Source of the DNA: a virus
Lineage: Duplodnaviria > Caudoviricetes
Length of the DNA stretch: 57,349 nucleotides
IMG/VR virus record: IMGVR_UViG_3300032213_002371
Coordinates: 1-57,349 of that record
Strand: one strand, 5' to 3'
Shown here: positions 8,698 to 16,290 of the stretch, piece by piece
Layout of the letters: each line of letters starts with the position of its first letter
How positions within the stretch are numbered: position 1 is the first letter of the stretch
Notes under the pieces: model-generated
Database searches by the model: none
Told to the model about the DNA's origin: nothing
The model's input: the letters and a program-made list of their open reading frames with translations, nothing else
Translations under genes and position numbers: made by a program

Positions 8698-10062
8698 CTA
8701 CAGGTCGTCGTACCGGCTCCAGCCTTCCTCATCCTCGGGCGACACGTCATCGAGGATCGCGTGCGGCGGGATCAGGCCGACCTTGGGCTGCGGGGCTCGG
8801 AGAGCCAGAAGTTGCCCGCCGTTCGGGTCCTGCGAATCGATTGCGTCGAGGCCCTGCGCCATGTTCGCCAGCGCGGCCTGAAGGTGCGGCGTCTTCCGGT
8901 AGCAGATTTCCTTCCCGACTCGCTCCTCGACGATCGCGCGCTCCTCAAGCAGGGTGTCGATGATTTCGCGCACGCGCTTCTTGAGAAGATCGGCCTGACG
9001 GATGACGTAACCGATGGGCGTCGGCATGTCGGAGATGAACCGCAGCACGAGCGCGCGGTCACGCATGTCCCGCGAGCCGGTGATCCTTTCACCGAGTTCG
9101 ATGACGCTCTTGAGATGCAGGTCCGCGATCTTCAGCGCGCTCTCCAGCTCCGTCGTCCCGACGTGCCACGGCTGTCCCGAGCGGGCCTGTCCGACGTCCC
9201 ACGCGAGCAAAAGAGCGAGCTTCGCCGCGATCGACGTGGTGCGGGAGCACGCAGCGGCGGCTCGGCGGTTCGCGCCCGTTCGCAACGGCCGCATCGCCTC
9301 GTACCAGTCGTTCCACATCTTCTCCCCGGCCGGATCGAGCCACAGGCACGGGCCGGGAGGGCTCGCGGGCGTAGCGAGTTGCCGGAGCCACTGGGTAATC
9401 GCGAGGCGCTTCTGCGGGTCGTCGATCGGCGGGGTCGCGAACTCGCGCTCGGGCTCGGCGTGCAGCGTCAGGAAACGCGCGAGGAAGCCGCCGGTCCAGT
9501 CGGCCTGTTCGGTGTGGCGCTCCAGCAGGTCCGTGGCGACGCCGCAGAACAGAGACAGGCGCGGGTCGTTGATCGGCCCCTTGCGGCTGTTCGCGAGAGC
9601 ACGGCCGATCGGGATGCAGTCCCACAGATTCGTGAAGGCCGTCTTCAAGGCGAGCATGTAGCCCTCCTCGGCCTTCGCGAGGAACTCGCCCCACTCGCCG
9701 TAGAGCAGCACCATGCGCTGTTGGGCGCGAAGGCTCTCGTACAAGCCTTCCTGCGAGCCGGGGATCTCGCCGACGCATCCGGTGATGGCGTCGTGCATGA
9801 CACGCCGCGCGATGTTGATGCTCGCCGTCTTACGCGACTTCGATGAGTCGCCGACGATCATCGTGTAGAGATTGCCCCACAAGGGGCTCGTGTACGGGAC
9901 CGCGTAATCGATTGGTACGGCTTGCGTCAGGCAGGTGAGCGCGCCTGCCAGATGGTAGGCGACGTTCGCGTCGGTACAGTTCGCCGCGTACTCGACGTAG
10001 TTGCGGACGAAACCTGTCGGCGGCAGGGCGGCCCAGACTTCAGCTTCCGAGATCATCGACAC
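8698..10062 (-). CDS. DUF3987/YfjI-like P-loop ATPase (replicative helicase-like)
   Basis: NLYTMIVGDSSKSRKT Walker-A variant, GSQEGL, YGEWGEFL, GGFLARF motifs; possible winged-helix C-terminus. Confidence 0.7.
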   Translation of the reverse strand: MSMISEAEVWAALPPTGFVRNYVEYAANCTDANVAYHLAGALTCLTQAVPIDYAVPYTSPLWGNLYTMIVGDSSKSRKTASINIARRVMHDAITGCVGEIPGSQEGLYESLRAQQRMVLLYGEWGEFLAKAEEGYMLALKTAFTNLWDCIPIGRALANSRKGPINDPRLSLFCGVATDLLERHTEQADWTGGFLARFLTLHAEPEREFATPPIDDPQKRLAITQWLRQLATPASPPGPCLWLDPAGEKMWNDWYEAMRPLRTGANRRAAAACSRTTSIAAKLALLLAWDVGQARSGQPWHVGTTELESALKIADLHLKSVIELGERITGSRDMRDRALVLRFISDMPTPIGYVIRQADLLKKRVREIIDTLLEERAIVEERVGKEICYRKTPHLQAALANMAQGLDAIDSQDPNGGQLLALRAPQPKVGLIPPHAILDDVSPEDEEGWSRYDDL

Positions 10063-10083
10063 TCCATGTCGGGTTGGACCGGC

Positions 10084-10127
10084 ACCATAAAACAGGTCTT
10101 GACATCTGTCAATGGCTGCGCTACATC
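10084..10127. promoter_or_regulatory. Overlapping divergent sigma70-type promoters centred on the palindrome TTGACA-TC-TGTCAA
   Basis: Minus strand TTGACA-17 nt-TATGGT; plus strand TTGACA-17 nt-TACATC (weaker); lies between divergent genes. Confidence 0.65.
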
Positions 10128-10193
10128 ATGCCCCACGAAAGACAAAGCGACCACGGACGCACGCCAAACGAGCGGCAGTGCAAGGGTTTTTCG

Positions 10194-11858
10194 ATGGCAT
10201 GGTTCCAGTACACGTTGTCGCACACGACGCCTGACGCCCTGCGTGACGTCGGCTCCTTGCCCGGCATCATCGTCGGCCGGGACCGCTCGATCATGGCGCA
10301 GGACAACGGGGGTTGGCTCGTCGAACGGATGCTCGCGAAGCACGGCATCCAGTTCAAGGCCCGCCTGATGACGCCGGACTTCCAGCCCGTCACGGCGATC
10401 GACGATCTCTGCAAGGTCGGCCTTCGGGAGTGGGTGCCCTCGTTCATGGCGCCCTACCAGCGCGAGGCCGTGCTGGAGCTTGGCCACAAGTCAGGCCATA
10501 TCTGGCACGCCGCCGGTAGCGGTAAGACGCTCACGGCGATCGCTTGGGCGCTCGCGTGGCCCGGCAACACGGTCGTCACGACCCGCGCCGCCGTGCGCCG
10601 CAACTACGGCCGCGAGATCGAGCGGTTCACGACCCACCGGGCCTACGTCATCGAATCGATTCGCGACGCGGACCTCCAGAAGATCGAGGACTCGGAAGCC
10701 CTGTTCGTGGTGCTCGGGTGGGAGATGCTGCCCGCGTGCCTCGACGTGCTGCTCAAGTGGAAGCCCGCCTCGTGGATCGCCGACGAGGCCCACAAGATGA
10801 AGTCCCATCGCCGCTGGGGCGCCGTGCCGCAGACCGACGGCAAGCTCAAGTTCGAGCCCTTGGACAACATCGCCCACGCCGCCTACAAGCTCTCACGCTC
10901 TGTTCGCCATCGCCTCGGTGCAACCGCGACCCCGATCAAGGACCGCGTGCGGGACCTCTGGGCCCAACTCGACGTGATCCACCCGGACGCTTGGGGTCCG
11001 TTCTACAAGGAGGACCGCGCCTCGTTCACGACGAGGTACTGCGCGGCGCGGCGTGGAACATTTGGCGGCATCGAGACGACGGGATCGTCGAACCTCGATG
11101 AACTCTGGGACCGGGTTTCCACCATCGTTCATCAGGTTCCCCACAGCGTTACTCACAGGCATCTGCCGCCAAAAAGGCGCTTGGTTACCTACGTCACGCA
11201 GGGCGACCAGAACGCTGCCACCGGCTTCGCGTCCGTCTACAAGCAAGCCGCCAAGGGCGGGCGTGGAACACTTCTCGAAGCGAAGCTCATGGAAGCCGCT
11301 GCGAAGAAGCGCAAGTACCTGCTCGAAGTGCTGGAGGAGTGCGTCGAGAACGACCAGAAGGTCGTCGTGTTCACCGGCCGCCGGGAAGACTGCGACAAGC
11401 TCGCCGCCGAGGTCACGAAGAAGTTCGGCTCCGACGCCACCGTGTTCACGGGCCACGGCGGCACACCGGCCGTCGTTCGGGACGGCATCCAGCAAGCGTA
11501 CATGGCAGCAAAAGGCCCGGCGATCCTCGTCGGCACGGGTGACGCATGGGGCGAGGGTGTGAACCTTCAGGACAGCGATCTCCTGCTGATTGCGATGTTG
11601 CCGTACACGCCGGGGCAGATCGTGCAGTGGGAGGGCCGTGTGGCCCGCCATGGCCAGAAGCGGCCGGTCCTTGTTCAGTACCTCGTCGCCGAGGGCACCG
11701 TGGACGAGCACGTCGCGGGCATCCTTCTGGACAAGCTGCCCGCCGTCGAGAATGTCGCCGGGGACGACTCGGTCACAGGTTTTGCCGACCAACTCCGCGG
11801 GGCTGACGACGCCGAGGCGATCATCGACTCGATCATGGCCAAGCTGGGGGTGGCGTGA
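10194..11858 (+). CDS. SNF2-family (SF2) helicase/ATPase
   Basis: PYQ Q-motif, AGSGKT, DEAH, TATP, GEGVNLQ, QWEGRVARHGQ; start could be at 10128. Confidence 0.9.
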   Translation: MAWFQYTLSHTTPDALRDVGSLPGIIVGRDRSIMAQDNGGWLVERMLAKHGIQFKARLMTPDFQPVTAIDDLCKVGLREWVPSFMAPYQREAVLELGHKSGHIWHAAGSGKTLTAIAWALAWPGNTVVTTRAAVRRNYGREIERFTTHRAYVIESIRDADLQKIEDSEALFVVLGWEMLPACLDVLLKWKPASWIADEAHKMKSHRRWGAVPQTDGKLKFEPLDNIAHAAYKLSRSVRHRLGATATPIKDRVRDLWAQLDVIHPDAWGPFYKEDRASFTTRYCAARRGTFGGIETTGSSNLDELWDRVSTIVHQVPHSVTHRHLPPKRRLVTYVTQGDQNAATGFASVYKQAAKGGRGTLLEAKLMEAAAKKRKYLLEVLEECVENDQKVVVFTGRREDCDKLAAEVTKKFGSDATVFTGHGGTPAVVRDGIQQAYMAAKGPAILVGTGDAWGEGVNLQDSDLLLIAMLPYTPGQIVQWEGRVARHGQKRPVLVQYLVAEGTVDEHVAGILLDKLPAVENVAGDDSVTGFADQLRGADDAEAIIDSIMAKLGVA

Positions 11859-12913
11859 TGCTTTGCGGCAACTGCCACAGCGGCCTGATGGTCCGCCGAT
11901 TCGGCCGCTTCGGCGAGTTCATGGGCTGCACCAACTACCCGCGGTGCAAAGAGTGGCACCCGATCCAACGGGAATCGATTCGGCCTCATCCCGAGGTCGT
12001 TACCAAGAGCGCCGAGAGCGCCAAGACGCCGGAGATCCCGGCAAGGAGTACGGAGATGGCAGCGAAGATGGAGATGAAGCTGGAGACGATCAGCCCCGAG
12101 CGCGCCGCCGCGTTGCTCGCGAAGAACGTCTCGAACAACCGCGCGATCGTGCGGGCCCGCGTCGATCAGCTTGCCGACGCGATCAAGGAGGACCGCTTCC
12201 GCACGACGCCCGAAGGCATCATGCTCAACGAGGCGGGCAACCTCATCGACGGGCAGCATCGGCTCTCGGCCGTCGTGACCGCGGGCAAGCCGGTCAAGAT
12301 GTACGTCTGGTACAACGTGCCCACCGACATGATGGAGGCGATCAACGTCGGGCAGACGCGCACGCTCGCGGACGTCCTCACGATCACGGGCGAGCTGGGC
12401 ATCAAAGGTGCCCCCAAGATCGCCGTCGCTCGCGCCAGCGCGATCAACCTCATCTTTACGCCTGAGCAGAACACGAAGAAGCTGACGAAGCTCCAGTACG
12501 AGTGGGTCCGCGAGAACTACGCCGAGGACATCGAGTGGACGCTGAAGAACTACCCGCTCAGTGGTGGCAGCGCCAACGCAGGAGCCATCTCGCGGAAGTT
12601 TCGCAGCGTGATGGTTATGGGGGCGCTCGCCATCGCGCACAAAAAGTACCCCGAGCAGGTCGAGGTCTTCGCTCGCAAGGCTGACAAGGGTGTCGAGCTT
12701 CTTGAGACCGATCCCGCTTACGCGCTGCGCCGCTACCTCGACAACAGCACCCTGACGGGCGGTGGGGCCCCGCGCCTCACGGTCGCCTACGCCACGTTTC
12801 GCTGCGTCTCGGCCGCACTGCGCCATGAGAAGCTCGGCATCGTGAAACCCGCGTTCCTGACCGAGACGAACCCCGAGTTCAGCAAGGTCCTGCGGACGTT
12901 CGGGGTGATCTGA
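11858..12913 (+). CDS. Topoisomerase-type C4 zinc ribbon fused to a ParB-like/DGQHR domain protein
   Basis: CGNC..LMVRR.GRFGEFMGCTNYPRC at the N-terminus; NNR.I...V..LA..I and LIDGQHRL..V; possible internal start near 12056 with a strong RBS. Confidence 0.75.
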   Translation: MLCGNCHSGLMVRRFGRFGEFMGCTNYPRCKEWHPIQRESIRPHPEVVTKSAESAKTPEIPARSTEMAAKMEMKLETISPERAAALLAKNVSNNRAIVRARVDQLADAIKEDRFRTTPEGIMLNEAGNLIDGQHRLSAVVTAGKPVKMYVWYNVPTDMMEAINVGQTRTLADVLTITGELGIKGAPKIAVARASAINLIFTPEQNTKKLTKLQYEWVRENYAEDIEWTLKNYPLSGGSANAGAISRKFRSVMVMGALAIAHKKYPEQVEVFARKADKGVELLETDPAYALRRYLDNSTLTGGGAPRLTVAYATFRCVSAALRHEKLGIVKPAFLTETNPEFSKVLRTFGVI

Positions 12914-13128
12914 TGGGCCTCATGCACGATGCAGGGGGGATCGATCTCAACTGCGCGCACTGTGGCGAGCTTCGCCTCGACGCAGGAGGCATGACGTGTC
13001 ACTCCTGCGGGGACGTCGAAACGGTGTGCTTCCAGTGCATTGAGCGCGAGGACAGCCGCCGCTTCGGCGTCGGGGATCGGGACTACTTTTGCCGGTACTG
13101 CCGGGAGGCGATGGATGACGACGACTGA
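12913..13128 (+). CDS. Small Cys-rich zinc-finger protein
   Basis: Four CxxC pairs; start overlaps the previous stop. Confidence 0.6.
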   Translation: MGLMHDAGGIDLNCAHCGELRLDAGGMTCHSCGDVETVCFQCIEREDSRRFGVGDRDYFCRYCREAMDDDD

Positions 13129-13948
13129 GAAGAAGATCATCGACGCAGGATCATCGGGCGAGTGGGGCTGGCACGCGACGGAACTCGCGCTGCGGTGTCC
13201 GCGAATGTTCGCCTACACCTACCGCGTGCCGGAAGGCGGTCACGGGGAGGACGATCGTCCTGCGCTGCTCAAGGGATCGCTGGTCCATCAGGGCCTCGCG
13301 CACCACTACGCAAGGCTCGAATCGATTCAGCAGGGCCGTGACCCGGACGAGTGGGCCATCCCCGACGTGGCGATCGAGGCGTGCGCCGAGAAGTTGGGCA
13401 GGCACGCCCTCAAGTACGTCGAGATCGCGAAGCGAACGGTGCGCGAGTACACCCGGCACTGGGCGAACGAGCGTCTCGTCGTCATGCACGTCGAGGAGGT
13501 CTTCAAGAGCGACATCGCGGGCTATCGCTTCACGCAGCGCTTCGATCTCGTCGTGCGCGAAGTCGATGACAAGGTCTGGATCTACGATCACAAGACCACC
13601 GGACGCCTGTCTTCGGCCGTCGCGGAGCGCTACACGCTCTCGGGGCAGTTCCTCGGAATGGCGAGTTTCGGCTCGCGCATCTGGGGCAAGGAGTTCGGCG
13701 GCGTGAAGTTGAACCTCATCCAACTCTCCGACGGGCCGAAGGACGCCGAGTTCGCACGGCGCACGCCTGATCCTGCGCCCGGCGCGCTCAAGTCGTTCCC
13801 CATGACCGTGCTGCACGCACGCCAGCGGATCGAAGACCTCGACAAGTCGGGCCTCGATCCCGAGGAATGGCCGATGACGATGAGCGAGCAGACGTGCATC
13901 ACCGCCTACGGCCGGTGCGAGCACTTCGATCGGTGCCGGTTCGGATGA
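13115..13948 (+). CDS. PD-(D/E)xK exonuclease, Cas4/RecB-like
   Basis: CPR.F, G..VH, FDLVV...IYDHKT, Q...M, C-terminal C..YGRCEHFDRC (Fe-S ligand pattern). Confidence 0.85.
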   Translation: MTTTEKKIIDAGSSGEWGWHATELALRCPRMFAYTYRVPEGGHGEDDRPALLKGSLVHQGLAHHYARLESIQQGRDPDEWAIPDVAIEACAEKLGRHALKYVEIAKRTVREYTRHWANERLVVMHVEEVFKSDIAGYRFTQRFDLVVREVDDKVWIYDHKTTGRLSSAVAERYTLSGQFLGMASFGSRIWGKEFGGVKLNLIQLSDGPKDAEFARRTPDPAPGALKSFPMTVLHARQRIEDLDKSGLDPEEWPMTMSEQTCITAYGRCEHFDRCRFG

Positions 13949-14148
13949 CGGCCGTCCGGCTCTCGCGCGGGCTCTGCATGCTCGTCGCGTTCACCTCCCT
14001 GATCGGCGCACCGGCCTTCGCCAACATCGGAACCGACGAACTCGTGCCGTGGTTCTGCGCGACCATGCTCTCGTCCGCGATCGGTTTCATGCTGTTCGAC
14101 CACGAATACAAGCGACTTCGCCGCGAAGATCGCGATCTCAACGACTGA
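13945..14148 (+). CDS. Small two-TM membrane protein
   Basis: ATGA overlap; two hydrophobic segments. Confidence 0.55.
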   Translation: MTAVRLSRGLCMLVAFTSLIGAPAFANIGTDELVPWFCATMLSSAIGFMLFDHEYKRLRREDRDLND

Positions 14149-14175
14149 CGGCGCATCGCGCCAAGGAGTCCCACC

Positions 14176-14526
14176 ATGTCCCTCCCCCCGAAAGACCTGC
14201 TCGTCCCCGGCCCGTGGACCGTCAAGGGCAACACCGTCCTCGACGCGCACGGCCGCACCGTCTGCGTCGTGTTCGCCCGCAACGCGACCGCGCACGCCTA
14301 CTGGATCGCCGAGACGCCGAAGCTCATGGCGGGCACCGACGGCGAGATCCACATCGAGTCCGACGAGATCGACGAGCTTCGCAAGACCGTGACGCGGCTT
14401 CGCCGGGAACTCGACACCGCCCATGACGAGATCGCTGACGGCGCGCTTCTCCTGACCGACCACAAGCGCGACATCTCCGACCTCCGCGAGAAGCTGACTA
14501 CGCTTGAAAACAAGGCGAAAGCGTGA
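14176..14526 (+). CDS. Hypothetical protein with a C-terminal coiled coil
   Basis: AAGGAG RBS; PGPW...A..IA..P motif common in phage proteins; heptad pattern. Confidence 0.65.
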   Translation: MSLPPKDLLVPGPWTVKGNTVLDAHGRTVCVVFARNATAHAYWIAETPKLMAGTDGEIHIESDEIDELRKTVTRLRRELDTAHDEIADGALLLTDHKRDISDLREKLTTLENKAKA

Positions 14527-14542
14527 ATCGACACGATCGCTC

Positions 14543-14570
14543 TTGACAGGTGTCACAGCGTTCCTATAGT
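14543..14570 (+). promoter_or_regulatory. sigma70-type promoter overlapping a TGACA-GG-TGTCA operator-like palindrome
   Basis: TTGACA-16 nt-TATAGT upstream of the Sak4/SSB/Pol genes. Confidence 0.7.
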
Positions 14571-14599
14571 CTCCCCAACACCGATCACGGAGTTCCCAA

Positions 14600-15481
14600 G
14601 TGACCACCGTCCCCTACAACGGCGACAAGGCAGTCGTCGCTCTCTACGGACCCAGCGGCGTCGGCAAGACCACCGACCTGCTTTACTCGTTCCCCACCGG
14701 CTTGTTCGTCGCCCCTCCGGGTGCGCTGAAGCCCGCCGACCACGTCGTCGGCTTCGTGCCCGAATCGATTGAGGCCGCGACGATCATGGACGCGACCAAG
14801 ATCGTGAAGGACCACGGCAAGAGCACGAAGTACGACGCGATCATCGTCGACGACTTCTCGCTCCTCTCCGAGGCCACCGTCAACGTGCTCGAAAAGAAGC
14901 ACACGGGCTTCAAGCTCTGGGGCGCGCTGCGCGACGCAGTGCTCGACTTCAGAGACACCGCGCGCCACGCCGGTCTCCACGTCGTCCTGACGGCTCACGA
15001 GTCTACGCCCCGCACGGTCTCGGGCACCTTCGTTCGCGGAGGCCCGCGTCTGCCGGGACGGCTCCCGGAGGACCTGCCGACCGCGTGTGACCTCGTCCTC
15101 CGCGCCGCCTACGACGGCACTCGTCGCGGCTGGCACGCCGTCTACCGCTGCACGATCGACGATACGCAGTGGATCACGAAGGACCGTCACGGCGTCACGC
15201 CGGACAAGGCCCCGATGAACACGGCCGAGATCCTTCGTGCCGCGGGCTACCAAATCCGCCGCGCCCCCGGTCTTGAGTGGCAGGAGGAACTCGTCGAGGT
15301 CCTCGCCACGGCGCTCTACATGCCGGGCTCCGACGAGAAGGCGCTCATGCAGGAAGCTGTCGAACTCTGCCGTGAGAAGACGCAGAACGATTTGCACGTT
15401 CGCTGGGTGATGCGCGACGCACTCGATCGCGCCGCGATCCGTCGCGCTCACCGAGACGTGCTCCAGATGTATCTGGCCTAA
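14600..15481 (+). CDS. Sak4-like (AAA_24) ssDNA-annealing ATPase
   Basis: LYGPSGVGKTT, IIVDDFS, VVLTAHE, KDR motifs; lies between the nuclease and SSB genes. Confidence 0.8.
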   Translation: MTTVPYNGDKAVVALYGPSGVGKTTDLLYSFPTGLFVAPPGALKPADHVVGFVPESIEAATIMDATKIVKDHGKSTKYDAIIVDDFSLLSEATVNVLEKKHTGFKLWGALRDAVLDFRDTARHAGLHVVLTAHESTPRTVSGTFVRGGPRLPGRLPEDLPTACDLVLRAAYDGTRRGWHAVYRCTIDDTQWITKDRHGVTPDKAPMNTAEILRAAGYQIRRAPGLEWQEELVEVLATALYMPGSDEKALMQEAVELCREKTQNDLHVRWVMRDALDRAAIRRAHRDVLQMYLA

Positions 15482-15635
15482 CGGCCGAATCGATTCGCCC
15501 ATTCCGGGCGATCTCACCTGCGGCACCAACCTAGTCCCAGCCGCAGGGACCCCTCCTCTCCGCACGGAGGCAAAACAGGCGGCAGGCCCCACGGAACCCA
15601 AGGGACGGGCAACACCGGGGATCAGGAGAAGGCAG

Positions 15636-16175
15636 ATGAGCAACTGGACTTTGAAGGCGAACTTCGCGGGCGTGGCCGAGCGCAACGTGGGCGGCGGATA
15701 CAAGGAGCCCGAGACCGGCGCGTACAAGGTGAAGATCACCGGCACTGAGCAGAACGAGAAGGAAGGCCGTTCCAGCGTGAAGTTCCAGACCGTGATCGCC
15801 GAGGGTGACTATCAGGGCAGCGAGACCCGCCTGTTCCTCGGCACCGACCTCTCGAAGCAGGGCAACCTCCGCTCGTGGAAGACGGCGATGTTGTCCGTCG
15901 GCTTCACGTCCGCGCAGATCGAGGCGGGCGAGGTCGAGTTCGACAGCGGCACCTTCGACGGCAAGATCGCCTACATCTACTACAAGGCGAAGGACCCGAA
16001 CGACGCGACGAGCCAGTCCGACCGGCAGTTCATCACGCCGGAGCAGTACCAGCGCCTCGTCGGCCAGTCGTCGGGCTCGATCGCGCCCGCGAAGGTGAAC
16101 GGCGCTCCGCAGATGACGGCCTCGGCTCCCGCCCCCAAGTCGGGCAACGCCCTGCGGAACATGCTCGGCCGGTAA
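15636..16175 (+). CDS. Single-stranded DNA-binding protein (DUF669-like OB fold)
   Basis: P.TGAYKVKI...E N-terminal pattern, beta-rich core, flexible tail; follows the Sak4-like gene. Confidence 0.65.
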   Translation: MSNWTLKANFAGVAERNVGGGYKEPETGAYKVKITGTEQNEKEGRSSVKFQTVIAEGDYQGSETRLFLGTDLSKQGNLRSWKTAMLSVGFTSAQIEAGEVEFDSGTFDGKIAYIYYKAKDPNDATSQSDRQFITPEQYQRLVGQSSGSIAPAKVNGAPQMTASAPAPKSGNALRNMLGR

Positions 16176-16240
16176 TCCCCCCTACCGGAAGGGCATAGGC
16201 GGCGCGACGCCGCAGGGGACTGAGTGAAAGGCTCGGTCAC

Positions 16241-16279
16241 GGCCGGGGGCGAGGTGGGGCCCCCGGCCACTTCTTTTTT
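16241..16279 (+). terminator. Intrinsic terminator after the SSB gene
   Basis: GGCCGGGGGC-loop-GCCCCCGGCC followed by ACTTCTTTTTT. Confidence 0.75.
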
Positions 16280-16290
16280 GGAGGTTCACG

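Noticed and set aside
11858-12913. DGQHR protein as DndB of a phosphorothioate system
   Set aside because: No other dnd genes; the motif is common in phage ParB-like proteins
13115-13948. Cas4 as part of a CRISPR-Cas system
   Set aside because: Context (Sak4, SSB, PolA) fits a phage recombination exonuclease
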